64,000 bases of DNA from Thermodesulfobacteriota bacterium (GTDB taxonomy: Bacteria > Desulfobacterota > Desulfarculia > JACQYL01). Each line of letters opens with the position of its first letter. Positions within the stretch are counted from its first letter, which is position 1. The position numbers were made by a program, and so were the translations under genes. The notes beneath the pieces are model-generated. The model saw only the letters and a program-made list of their open reading frames with translations, was not told where the DNA came from and searched no databases. Positions 1 through 10,059 of the stretch are shown here, piece by piece. The stretch lies in contig CAXXLZ010000002.1 of assembly GCA_963675595.2 (NCBI GenBank), positions 1,440,001 through 1,504,000 on the forward strand, given 5' to 3'.

Positions 1-68
1 TTGAAACTTCGGGCCGGCAATCGGGTGAACGGTGTACTTGCCCGAGCCTTTCCGGACTTCATCCGGGT

Positions 69-97
69 TTGGCAGTCGTCTTCCGCTTCTGTATAAT
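69..97 (+). promoter_or_regulatory. putative sigma70 promoter
   Basis: TTGGCA (69-74), 17-bp spacer, perfect TATAAT (92-97), upstream of the ORF at 280. Confidence 0.55.
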
Positions 98-279
98 CCT
101 TGGTGTTATCCTTCGGTCGGCACCCCGGCACCGGGGGCCACGGCCGAGGCGCCGCGTCCATGCTTCGAACGAGTCGGGGTGTGGAGCGTATTCTCAACAG
201 CGCCGCCACGATTGCGTGCTTATGCAAACACCCTCGAAAGACTTGGCTCTTAACTCTTTGTAAGTTGGAGGATCGCGCG

Positions 280-699
280 ATGAAGAAGCTGTTGCTCATG
301 ATCGGCATTGTCTGCCTTACCCTGTCAATGAGCTTGCCGGCCGCCAAAGCCCAGGGAATGGGAAAGGGACAAGGTCCCGGAAAAGGCGCCCCCGCCAAGG
401 GCTGGTACTGCCCCTGGGCTTATGGAGCCTCACAAGATCGCGGCTGGATTTGTCCTTGGGGCGGCACCGGAGACATCAAACCTCCCGAATCCATCCAGCA
501 GGGAAAGCCGTTGACTGAAGGAGAGGCCCGGTCCCTGGTGACGCAAAGTCTCAAGTCCACCAACAACCCGAATTTGAAAGTGGGGAAGATTTCCGATGAA
601 GGCGAGTTCTTTCTCGCGGAAGTGATCACCAAGGAAGGGTCTCTGGTGGACAAGGTCCAGGTGGGCAAAATGACGGGTTGGTTACGCTCCATTTACTAA
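280..699 (+). CDS. secreted hypothetical protein with PepSY-like C-terminal domain
   Basis: ATG at 280 after GGAGG; signal peptide MKKLLLMIGIVCLTLSMSLPAAKA; Gly-rich linker with two GWxCPW motifs; C-terminal LVDKVQVGKMTG pattern reminiscent of PepSY. Confidence 0.75.
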   Translation: MKKLLLMIGIVCLTLSMSLPAAKAQGMGKGQGPGKGAPAKGWYCPWAYGASQDRGWICPWGGTGDIKPPESIQQGKPLTEGEARSLVTQSLKSTNNPNLKVGKISDEGEFFLAEVITKEGSLVDKVQVGKMTGWLRSIY

Positions 700-810
700 G
701 CCCAAACAGGGCGCGCCCGGGGCGGGGTTTCGCCCCGGAGACGCCCGTCCGGGCCGACGCCCCGGCATCGGGCTCGCTGAACGGCCGATCGGGTCCTACC
801 AAAAGGAGAA

Positions 811-1893
811 TCAACCGCCCGTCGGTTCTCGGAGCGTTATCGCTTTCTCCGGGCAGACTTCCTGGCAGCAGAAACAGGTGATGCAGACTTCCGGATCGGC
901 TTCCGGGCACCCGCCGTCCATGGAGAGAGCGGAAACGGGACACTGCTCCACGCAGGTGCCGCAAAGCGTGCACAACTCCGGGTCCACCTTGGGCCGAAGC
1001 AACGTTCGGGAGTGCATCATGTCTTGAATGGCCGGGTTCCCCAGGATCGCCTCCCCGCCCAAAGGGGGAATCTTGAAATCCGGGATGACGGTCAGTTCAC
1101 CGATGATCTCAATGCGATCGGCCTCGAAATCCCCGAGTCCGAGTTCCTTTGCCCTCTGCAGGTAGCGCAGCTTAGCCGGTTCCAGTCCCATCATCCGACA
1201 CACCACGGCGTCCAGGGCCACGGCATTGTCCGAGGCCAGAATCCTGCCGATATGACGCAGGTCCGGAGAGGCGGGCCCGTTGCCTTCCATGCCCACCACC
1301 GCGTCCATGATCACCAGGTCGGGCGGTCGAAGTTTGAACACGTCCGCCACTATTTCATGAAAACGTTCGGGCCCGCCGGCCTTCCGATGCAGCATGGCCT
1401 TTTGTGCGCCCATGAGAATGCCGTAACTGTTCTTCACCGCCCCCGTAACCACCGTAAGGCCGTGAGTCTTGAACTTGGGAAGGGAAATGAAAACGTCGGC
1501 CTCCATGATGGCCTTGGAGACACTCACACGAGAAGCATAGTCGTCTCGAAAAGGCACCTCCGCAGCTTCGTTTCCGATGTTGCGGTAGTATCCTCGGGAG
1601 GCATCCAACAATCCGGTTTGACGGAAACTGGCCTCGTTGGCCCCGTAACTGAAAATACCGGTGTTGTCGCCCACGATGATTTGCGCCGGATTCATGGTTT
1701 CGACTCGTTCCACCACGGCTTCCAGTAAAGCGGGATGAGTGACGATGCCCTCCTGCGCGTTGGATTGCCGCAGCACGTTGGGTTTGATCATGACTTTCCG
1801 GCCTTCCAACGCCGTGGGAAACAGTCGAAAGGCCTCTTCCACCGCCTCCCTGCAGGAATCATATTCCGCGGGGTGGATGAGAACACGTTGCAT
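811..1893 (-). CDS. DUF362 domain protein with C-terminal 2x[4Fe-4S] ferredoxin domain
   Basis: KVMIKPN, THP, SLPKFKTH, TGAVKN, GMEGNGP, AVALDAV motifs; CTLCGTCVEQCP and CITCFCCQEVCP; start set at MQRVLIH behind AGGAG. Confidence 0.9.
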   Translation of the reverse strand: MQRVLIHPAEYDSCREAVEEAFRLFPTALEGRKVMIKPNVLRQSNAQEGIVTHPALLEAVVERVETMNPAQIIVGDNTGIFSYGANEASFRQTGLLDASRGYYRNIGNEAAEVPFRDDYASRVSVSKAIMEADVFISLPKFKTHGLTVVTGAVKNSYGILMGAQKAMLHRKAGGPERFHEIVADVFKLRPPDLVIMDAVVGMEGNGPASPDLRHIGRILASDNAVALDAVVCRMMGLEPAKLRYLQRAKELGLGDFEADRIEIIGELTVIPDFKIPPLGGEAILGNPAIQDMMHSRTLLRPKVDPELCTLCGTCVEQCPVSALSMDGGCPEADPEVCITCFCCQEVCPEKAITLREPTGG

Positions 1894-2096
1894 GAGGTAC
1901 TCCTGTGTGATGGGTATTCCACCGGGAAACGTTCGCCGATCTTCCAACCCGCGGAGTTTCCCGATCAAGCTCCGAAATCGTATCCAATCGCAGCGAGAAC
2001 CGGATTCGCTTCAGACCGGATTGAATCACTGACTCTAAACTCGAGTCCGATGCATTGCCTGTAGATTTTCTCATGGGATATCAAAACGATCAAGGC

Positions 2097-2429
2097 GTCC
2101 CTGTTCCACGCTTTCCCGCCGCGTCCTCCTCGGGGATCGCTGAAAATCCATTAAAACGATGCCGTTTTTCGATGGTTCGCTTCCATCGGCTTCGCGGATA
2201 TCGTGCGTGGCCGCCCGATGATCGGCGCATTACCGGCTCCGCCATTAGCTGGACAAAGCCGAACTTGGGAATATCTTCGCCGATTCGGCGGATGTAGGAA
2301 ACGTTGGGAGTTGGTGAGGAAACCTGATTTCTTCCCCAGGTTCTCCGCCGAAGGCGGTGGGGCCTGTCCAACGTGCTTTGGGAGTACGGGGGAGGACTTT
2401 CCCGAAAGTCCTCCCCCGTGAACGCTTGG
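2097..2429. repeat. degenerate copy of the MITE/REP-like element at 63393-63691
   Basis: left end GTCCCTGTTC vs GTCGCTGTTC; right part CCGCCGAAGGCGGTGGGGCCT...CGGGGGAGGACTTT-cccg-AAAGTCCTCCCCCGTGAACGCTT matches the 63.6 kb copy; no target duplication retained. Confidence 0.6.
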
Positions 2430-2615
2430 AACCATAGAATATCCACGCCGACAGATCCCGGAGTTTTCAAATACCAACGGACGCCTTGCGCGAAATGGAG
2501 GCGATGCGATCATCCGCCCCGAGTGGCAATCGACTTCTCCGGTTATTCAAGGATTGGGTTCCAGTGAAAAACGCGAAAAGGGCGCCGGCTTATCCCCATG
2601 GCCTTGAGGCCGCCG

Positions 2616-4103
2616 TCACTCGCCGCAACAGACTACGCAGTTCCTGCCCTTCCGCTTGGATTGATACAGAGCCTTGTCGGCATCCGCATAGAGGTCCTGG
2701 AGGCTCATCGTGTGATCTCGCCCATCGATGGACGCCACCCCCAGGCTGATGGTTACCTGAAATCTGTCTTCCGATCCGTCCGGATGCCTGTGGCGGATCC
2801 ACTCGGTCTCCAAGGTGCGACGCAGCCGGTCGGCCACCTGTGACGCGTGGGACATGGGGGCTCCCATCAACAAGATGGCGAATTCCTCCCCGCCGATGCG
2901 ACAGAAGATGTCGTCTCGAATCTGTTTCTTAAGCACACGCGCCAGTGTTTCCAGGCAGGTATCGCCGGCTGGGTGACCATACGTGTCGTTGATCCGCTTG
3001 AAGTGATCAATATCGAACAGAATTAGCGACAGAGGCCGTGACTCATTGGTACTATCGGCAGTTTCCCGACAGATGCTCCACAAATCACTCGCCGCCTCGT
3101 TGTACTGCTTGCGGTTACCCAAACCGGTGAGAGAGTCGGTGCGACTCAGAGCACTTTCGGATTCATAAGCCTGCTTCAGTTGTCGTTCCGCCTGCTTTCT
3201 GTGATCGATGTCCGTGACGACCCCGACATATTCCTGAGAACACCCGTCCGGACCGATTATCTGAGTGACGCTGGCCTCCGCCCAGAACACCGTCCCGTCC
3301 TTCCGAACATATCGTTTCTCAATGGTATAGGATTGCACGTCGTTCTTGGCGATCTTGCCCAGATTATCGCTGCTTCGGCCGCGGTCCTCGGCATAGGTGA
3401 TTTCGCCCAAAGTCCTTCCCACCAGTTCGCTTCGCTCGTACCCCATCATATCCGAGAACTTGGTGTTATGGCGGATGATCCTGCCTTCCGAATCCACGAG
3501 CGCCACACCGCTGGCCAGATGCGCGAACATCGCTTCGAGGTAGCCTTTGCTGCGCCGCAAGGCATCCTCCACCTGTTTACGACCGGTGACGTCGATGATC
3601 ACCCCCACAAGCCCTTCAAGTTCACCCGATTCATCGCGCACTCCGGTAACACAAGCCTCCGCCCAGAAGTCGGTCCCATCCTTCCGAACATATCGTTTTT
3701 CCACGGAGTAATGTTCGATTTCTCCCCGCTTGAGTCCTTCGATGCGCTCCATGCTCAAATCCACGTCTTCAGCATGGGTGAATTCCATCAACGGTCTTCC
3801 GATGATCTCTTCCGGTCTTCTCCTCAGCATGTCCGCAAATTTATCGTTCACTTGAGTAACAAGTCCCTGAACGTTAATCATGGCAATTCCTGCGGCCAGA
3901 TTGGATAGAAGTGCTCGAAATTCGGCCCGACTCTGGCGTAAGTCCTTTTCCAGGCGGTACGTGCCGGGGTTTCGGCGCAAACGATCCACTTCCGCTTCCA
4001 GTTCCGCAATCCGCATCCGAAGCTCGTCGACCTCCGCCGCCGTCGGCTGCCCTACTTCAGGTTCCACGCTCCCGCCTCCCAACGTTTCGCTCAAACCACT
4101 CAA
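2616..4103 (-). CDS. PAS-PAS-GGDEF diguanylate cyclase
   Basis: two PAS/PAC repeats (EKRYVRKDG), TDSLTGLGNR, DIDHFKRINDTYGHPAGD, RIGGEEF, ADKALYQSKRKGRN. Confidence 0.93.
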   Translation of the reverse strand: MSGLSETLGGGSVEPEVGQPTAAEVDELRMRIAELEAEVDRLRRNPGTYRLEKDLRQSRAEFRALLSNLAAGIAMINVQGLVTQVNDKFADMLRRRPEEIIGRPLMEFTHAEDVDLSMERIEGLKRGEIEHYSVEKRYVRKDGTDFWAEACVTGVRDESGELEGLVGVIIDVTGRKQVEDALRRSKGYLEAMFAHLASGVALVDSEGRIIRHNTKFSDMMGYERSELVGRTLGEITYAEDRGRSSDNLGKIAKNDVQSYTIEKRYVRKDGTVFWAEASVTQIIGPDGCSQEYVGVVTDIDHRKQAERQLKQAYESESALSRTDSLTGLGNRKQYNEAASDLWSICRETADSTNESRPLSLILFDIDHFKRINDTYGHPAGDTCLETLARVLKKQIRDDIFCRIGGEEFAILLMGAPMSHASQVADRLRRTLETEWIRHRHPDGSEDRFQVTISLGVASIDGRDHTMSLQDLYADADKALYQSKRKGRNCVVCCGE

Positions 4104-4219
4104 TCTTGAACCCTTCCGGGAAAACTCTCTGAAATCATTCGGTCACGAAAAGAAGATCATCTGCATTGGACGCTGTTCAACCTAAGCCGGACCTGCATGC
4201 TCAAACATCCGGCCGATCT

Positions 4220-5089
4220 TTATTGTAAGGGTCGAGCCCCGCCGGCTGCCAAGGGAATATAGCCTTCCTCTCGGATCATCTCCCCACCTCGCGGGCTTTC
4301 CAGGAATTGTAGATACTTGCGAACGGGCTCCGGGGGCGACTCCACGGTGAGCATCAACAACGTTCTCGAAATAGGATATTCCCCCCGAAGCACGTTGTCT
4401 TCCGAAGCTTCCACCCCCCCTACGCTCAGAGGCTTCACCGAATCGTTCACGTAACCCAGACTCACATAGCCCAAAGCGAAAGGGTTCTTTGCCACGAAAT
4501 CCACCATGGCGCCGTTGGAGGCGAGCACCACCGTCCCGGGAAACTGATTTTGACCGTCCAGAACGACTTCACGCCATACGTCATAAGTGCCGGAACTCGA
4601 ATCCCGTCCCGCTGCCGCAATGGCATTGTCAAGGCCTCCCACGGACTTCCAACGAAGCCTCTCTCCACGATAAACGGCACGAAGACCGGGGATATCCAGG
4701 TCTTCAACCGGATTATCGGGATGGACGATGGGAACCACGCTGTCCATGGCCACTCGGTGCACTACAAGGCGCACATTTCGCTCGACCGCAAGGTCTTCCT
4801 CTTTTGAGGTGAGAGCACGCGAAAGCATGGCAATGTCGCAGGTTCCGTCCATAATGGCCTTCACCCCGTTCCTGCTGCCCGCTCCGGATATGCTGATCGC
4901 CACGTCGGTTCCGGTCTTCTGAAAGGCTTCGGCGACCCTCTGGGCAAGCGGCAAAATGCTCGAAGAGCCTTTGATTACGACTCTGGATCCCGCATGAGTC
5001 CCGTGGAACAGATAGACGAGGACGGCAATGACCACTATGGCCGCAAACAGCCAAATGCTCTTGCCGACCTTTGGTTCAGCCGTTTTCAT
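4220..5089 (-). CDS. pstS: phosphate-binding protein, PstS family
   Basis: N-terminal anchor; IKGSSS, GAGSRNG, DIAMLSR, GRDSSSGTY, ALGYVS, YPISRTL motifs. Confidence 0.88.
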   Translation of the reverse strand: MKTAEPKVGKSIWLFAAIVVIAVLVYLFHGTHAGSRVVIKGSSSILPLAQRVAEAFQKTGTDVAISISGAGSRNGVKAIMDGTCDIAMLSRALTSKEEDLAVERNVRLVVHRVAMDSVVPIVHPDNPVEDLDIPGLRAVYRGERLRWKSVGGLDNAIAAAGRDSSSGTYDVWREVVLDGQNQFPGTVVLASNGAMVDFVAKNPFALGYVSLGYVNDSVKPLSVGGVEASEDNVLRGEYPISRTLLMLTVESPPEPVRKYLQFLESPRGGEMIREEGYIPLAAGGARPLQ

Positions 5090-5195
5090 ACCGCTCTCCG
5101 GTACCGAGAGTCACAGCTCACGATTCCTCGATGGTCCGCCCGGAACCCCCTACGTCCCGTCCGAGACAACCGAACGAAACCATCCTCAATGATCC

Positions 5196-6863
5196 CTACT
5201 TCACTCCGGCCAGCCCTTGGGCGACATTGTAGCAATAATCTCCGATTTTCTCCAGGTTGGACAACAAATCGGTGAAGACCAATCCCGGATCTACCGCGCA
5301 GACCCCCCGACGCAACCGATCGATATGCCCCGCCCTCATTTGTTCGCGAAGCAAATCGATCTCGTCTTCGAGCTCTTTGGCCCGTTGGAGCATATCTCCC
5401 TCATACTCCAAAATCGAGTCCACCACCAGTGACAATATTTCCTCCGCTTTGCTGCGAATGAAGGCATAGTCGTCCAATGCTTCCCGCGATAGCTGAATAT
5501 TGTTCTCGATGACTTCCTCGACCAACTCGGCAATGTTCTGCACGGCATCGCCGGCTCGCTCCAAGTTGTTCGTCACCCGCATGAGAGAGGAGATTTCTCG
5601 GCTCTGTTCAGGAGTGATCGACGCTTGGCTCGCTCGAACCAGAAAAGCGAGTACTTCCTTCTGGTCGAGATCGATAGCCCGTTCCCTTTCACGCCATTTT
5701 CCAAGCTCTCTCTCGTCCAGAACCTCAAGTAGACTGGTCACACTCATGAAGGTCTTCCGAACTTCCAAGCCCATGCGATGAATTTCCTCTCGGGCCTGCT
5801 GAAGCGCAACCTCGGGTACTTCCACATACCTGAAGTCCAGGTATTTGAAATGGCCAGGGGCTTCGTCCTTCGGCGGCACCACACGCATCGCCATACGGAT
5901 AAGCACGGGCAACAGAGCCAAAAAGACAAGAGAATTCAACACATTAAATAAGGTATGCGCATTGGCGATGTAACGCGGCATCGAGGTATACAATCCCTCA
6001 TGCATCACTCCCGGGGCCTCCGCACCCAGCCAAGTGGAAGTCACATAAACGACCAGTTTGAGGAACAAGGGAAAAACCAAAACGATAAAAGCGGCACCGA
6101 ATACATTGAAAAAAGTGTGAACCCAGGCAACCCGCCGTGCGTTTCGGTTGGTCGTACCGATGGTGGCGAGCTGAGCCGTGACCGTGGTTCCGATGTTGTC
6201 TCCCAGAATTAGAGCAACGGAGCCCGACAGCCCGATCAGGCCTTGGCTCGCGAGAGCGATGGTTATACCCACCGTTGCGCTGGAACTCTGAATGACCACC
6301 GTCATGACGGTGCCCACCAGAACGCACAAGAGAATGCCTTTGAGATTTTCGGCATCGAACATGGTGAAAAATGAGATGAAGTCGGGATCGTGCTTGATGG
6401 GAGCGAATCCTCCCTTCATTGTGGACATGCCGTAAAATAAAAGCCCGAATCCGAGCAATACGTCGCCTACGGAACGCCAACGGACTTCCTTGGCGAAAAA
6501 CTTGAGCCCCGTCCCCAGTGCAACGGCGGGCAACGCATAGTCTGAGATATTAAATGCAATAAGCTGGGCGGTAATGGTGGTGCCCACGTTGGCCCCCAGG
6601 ACGACGCCGGCGGCTTGGGTCAGATTCATCAAACCGGCGTTTACAAAACCGACCAGCATCACCGTGGTGGCGCTCGAACTTTGAATGATCGCGGTCACCA
6701 ACGCCCCGACCGAAAAGGCAAGGCAACGATTATTGGATACAGCGGCCAGAATGCTTCGTAAGCGTTTCCCGGCAACTCTCTGAAGGCCCTCGCTCAACAT
6801 TTTCATGCCCAGCAGGAAGAGCCCCAGCCCCCCAAGTCCCTGGAACAAAATGATCTTCACCAT
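5196..6863 (-). CDS. Na+/Pi cotransporter family protein with C-terminal PhoU-like domains
   Basis: GGLGLFLLGM, two IQSSSAT repeats, GANVGTT/GDNIGTT, C-terminal NLERAGD/NLEKIGDYC. Confidence 0.93.
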   Translation of the reverse strand: MVKIILFQGLGGLGLFLLGMKMLSEGLQRVAGKRLRSILAAVSNNRCLAFSVGALVTAIIQSSSATTVMLVGFVNAGLMNLTQAAGVVLGANVGTTITAQLIAFNISDYALPAVALGTGLKFFAKEVRWRSVGDVLLGFGLLFYGMSTMKGGFAPIKHDPDFISFFTMFDAENLKGILLCVLVGTVMTVVIQSSSATVGITIALASQGLIGLSGSVALILGDNIGTTVTAQLATIGTTNRNARRVAWVHTFFNVFGAAFIVLVFPLFLKLVVYVTSTWLGAEAPGVMHEGLYTSMPRYIANAHTLFNVLNSLVFLALLPVLIRMAMRVVPPKDEAPGHFKYLDFRYVEVPEVALQQAREEIHRMGLEVRKTFMSVTSLLEVLDERELGKWRERERAIDLDQKEVLAFLVRASQASITPEQSREISSLMRVTNNLERAGDAVQNIAELVEEVIENNIQLSREALDDYAFIRSKAEEILSLVVDSILEYEGDMLQRAKELEDEIDLLREQMRAGHIDRLRRGVCAVDPGLVFTDLLSNLEKIGDYCYNVAQGLAGVK

Positions 6864-7123
6864 TTGGCTTCACCGGAAGAAAGAAGTTGGATTTTGCGGG
6901 AACGTTAGATCCGAAAAAAAGCTCGCGCCCCCTGCAGGCCGCTGGATCAGGCTTTCGGGGAAACCCGCAGGTTTCCAGCAGAGGTCGGGAGACTCCCGAG
7001 ATTGAAGAGGCCGCCGAAATCCGGATCGTAACCTCAGCCCGTCGGCGTGCTTCCGGGCTCCGTTGGAGGCAAACCCTACGAGCCCGGAGACGGAGAAAGA
7101 ACGGCTCCCACCTGTTAGCGGCT

Positions 7124-7141
7124 GTTGCGGATTTATGACGA
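7124..7141 (-). promoter_or_regulatory. possible Pho box
   Basis: minus strand TCGTCAT-AAAT-CCGCAAC resembles the CTGTCAT-A(A/T)A(T/A)-CTGTCAC consensus; about 260 bp upstream of the phosphate transporter genes. Confidence 0.35.
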
Positions 7142-7939
7142 AAGTATTGAAAGTCGTAACTTACTTGCCATCACTCGGCCCAAGTTTCAACCCCGAATGA
7201 GGTTTCGTGTCGGAAAGGTTTCGCCGGAAGGAGCGGGAAGAGCACGAAAAGCCGCACGAGGAACCTTGTGACGCACATTTTGAGTTGACGCCCCATAGGG
7301 GGGTTTGGAAATACACCGGCGCTTTTTCGACTAGTCGTAAGCCGTGAGCAATTTGATTGCGCGCATAGTGAAGGAATACGGCCGGCAGTCCGACCCTACC
7401 GGACCGGGGAAATGGAAGCGCGGTGGGGGAAAGGGGGGGATATTCACGAAATCCGATGAATCGAGCCTTTTGGACCACAGAGAGAAAAATCGTGGACGGG
7501 TAAGGAAGGAATGAAGATCAGTGGAATCGTGCTGCGTTTCCCTCGCCCGAAACCCATGATAACCCCGACAGATCACTTCTCTAAGCCCGGAAAAGCCGAA
7601 TGACGTCCTCGAATATCCTGCCCGGGAACCGGATTTGTAGGCTTCAATTCTTTTCTTCCATTAACAATCACGGAGGTTAAAGATGATTTTGAATTCAAAG
7701 TTTCGATACTTGATTCCCGCCGTTGATTCGCCGGTTCCGTTACCTTGCGAAAATGGTCTCACCAATCGTCTTCTCAAGAAGACCGGAAAATGGCAAAATG
7801 GTTACAAAACATGAAAAGCAAGTACGCCGCCGCTCCCCGCCCGGGAAGGGCCCGACGTGCCCGACCGATCGTCCGGGTGCCGCGCTCCTCACTTCTCTGA
7901 GGCGCGGCCGAAACTCTCACCTATTTCCGGAGACCCGAC

Positions 7940-10006
7940 ATGACAAAACGAATTTGTTGTCTCGCCCTGACCCTTGGATTATTGGCCGTATCGATAGGTT
8001 CGCATGCTTTTGAAACCATCCGGGGGACCACGGAGCTCAGGTACTGGGATTCGGCCAACACGTACAACGGGTGCACCTTGTTCGCGGGAGAGGAAACCAC
8101 CTACCTCATCGACATGCAGGGGAATCTTGTAAACCTATGGCCCATCGGCACGAACCCTCGTTTTCTGGAAAACGGGCATCTTCTTGACCGGGCGAGGGAT
8201 GAACAAGGCAGGCTGCGAGGAATGCAGGAACTGGATTGGGAAGGAACACCCGTCTGGTCGTTCTATGAAACGCGCGAGGACTACGTTCCTCATCACGACT
8301 TCGTCCGTATCTACAACAAGAAGCTGGGTGCCTACACCACCCTGTACATCGCCAACAAGCGTATTTCCAACGAAGAGGCCTTGGCGGCGGGGGCGAATCC
8401 TGAAGACGGACCCTATGACGGCTCCTCCATGGACGCCGTCGTGGAGATCGACATGGCGGGCAATGTGGTCTGGGAATGGTGGTTTTTCGACCACATGGTG
8501 CAGGATATCGACCCAACCAAGCCCAATTACGTGGGAGAAGGCCGTTCCATTTCCGATTATCCGAACCGCCTCAACCTGAACCTGCCGGGAAGACCGCTGC
8601 GCTGGGACTGGCTGCACTGCAATTCCCTCGATTACAATCCCCAACTGGACCAAATCGTCATCAACTCCGTATTCGGCGAGTTCTACGTCATCGACCACGG
8701 CGCGACGTTCATCCCCGACGATCCTGCGGGAAGCATCGCGGCCGCCGCAGGTCCGGGCGGTGACTTTCTCTATCGATTCGGAGATCCGGCAAAGTACGAG
8801 CAGGGGGATCCGCCCCACATCTTGGAGGACTGGTCCCAATCTTCCGCCGGCAACAAACAAATCGGCGGCTCCCACGATATCCAGTGGATTCGTCCCGGAT
8901 TACAGGGAGAGGGACACTTTCTCGTCTTTAATAATGGGCAACTGCTTTTCGAACGGCTCGCGCAATCTTCCATCCTCGAAATCAATCCCTACTTGAACGC
9001 TTCGGGCATTGACACCGGAACCTATGTGAACCCTCCCCAGTCCGGCTACCATGAGTGGCCGCCGGAGGAAGAACGTACCACCCAAACCCAGGTGAAGCTG
9101 CTGTCCAATCAAGTTGTCTGGATTTACGCCTCCCGCAGCAACCAGAGTTTCGCAAGCCATATCGGATCCGGTTGCCAACGTCTTCCCAACGGGAACACGC
9201 TCATCTGCGCCATGACCGAGGGACACATCTTTGAGATTACGAGCGAAGGCAAACCGGTATGGGAATACGTGAGCCCCGTGACGACCGACGGAATCCTCAA
9301 AATAATCACGGATAATCCACCCAACTACAATGCGATGTTCAGGGCCTATCGTTATGGACCGGATCACCCGGCCTTGGCGGGTCGCGACTTGACCGGCGCG
9401 GCACCTATCACGGACTTATTGAGCGGGCATTCCACCGACGGCGCTTGGTCATGTGCCGACGGAGACACGATGTACTTCCAGTCCTATGCGCCCGAAGGCG
9501 CCGTCTGTCTTATCACCGCCGCCGATGGAGGACTCGCCGCGTTTTCGGGATCGGTGCAGCCGGGCCCTGTGTTTCAAGGAATCGAAGCGGCAGGGGACGG
9601 AGAAGCCTCCATACGAATTTCATTCACCTCTTCCGGGGAAGCGGTCTACACCTTCCTCGACGGCTCCGGTGAGCCCGGCCAATCATTCCAGGCCTCCAAA
9701 AAGGCCCAATCCAGGTCCGCGGCCGCCATGGACGGGATATGGAAGAGCGACACCCAACCCTTAGGTAATTTTCTATTTCAGAGCTACATGGACGGCAGTG
9801 CCGTGCTGATTCACAGCTTGGACGGAACGACTCAAACGGTTTTTTTTGACTCAGCCGCTTATTCCGGGGGCTTCCAAGGGCATGCCGTAACAGGGGAATC
9901 TTCTTCCCGGGCGGAATTCCAAACAAACGAGGAGACGGGAGTCATCGTTATCAAGAACGATGACGGCGAGGAGACTTCCTACGAAGTGGAACGGTTCTTC
10001 CGATAA
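7940..10006 (+). CDS. secreted aryl-sulfate sulfotransferase (ASST)-like protein with two C-terminal ~98-aa repeats
   Basis: signal peptide; PHHDF, EIDMAGNVVWEW, DWLHCNSLDYNP, HDIQW, QRLPNGNTLI, VWEY and FRAYRY motifs typical of ASST beta-propellers. Confidence 0.8.
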   Translation: MTKRICCLALTLGLLAVSIGSHAFETIRGTTELRYWDSANTYNGCTLFAGEETTYLIDMQGNLVNLWPIGTNPRFLENGHLLDRARDEQGRLRGMQELDWEGTPVWSFYETREDYVPHHDFVRIYNKKLGAYTTLYIANKRISNEEALAAGANPEDGPYDGSSMDAVVEIDMAGNVVWEWWFFDHMVQDIDPTKPNYVGEGRSISDYPNRLNLNLPGRPLRWDWLHCNSLDYNPQLDQIVINSVFGEFYVIDHGATFIPDDPAGSIAAAAGPGGDFLYRFGDPAKYEQGDPPHILEDWSQSSAGNKQIGGSHDIQWIRPGLQGEGHFLVFNNGQLLFERLAQSSILEINPYLNASGIDTGTYVNPPQSGYHEWPPEEERTTQTQVKLLSNQVVWIYASRSNQSFASHIGSGCQRLPNGNTLICAMTEGHIFEITSEGKPVWEYVSPVTTDGILKIITDNPPNYNAMFRAYRYGPDHPALAGRDLTGAAPITDLLSGHSTDGAWSCADGDTMYFQSYAPEGAVCLITAADGGLAAFSGSVQPGPVFQGIEAAGDGEASIRISFTSSGEAVYTFLDGSGEPGQSFQASKKAQSRSAAAMDGIWKSDTQPLGNFLFQSYMDGSAVLIHSLDGTTQTVFFDSAAYSGGFQGHAVTGESSSRAEFQTNEETGVIVIKNDDGEETSYEVERFFR

Positions 10007-10059
10007 AGGCCGATTAGTGAACGAAACCGACCCGACGGCAAGTTCCGGGAGCACCGCCT

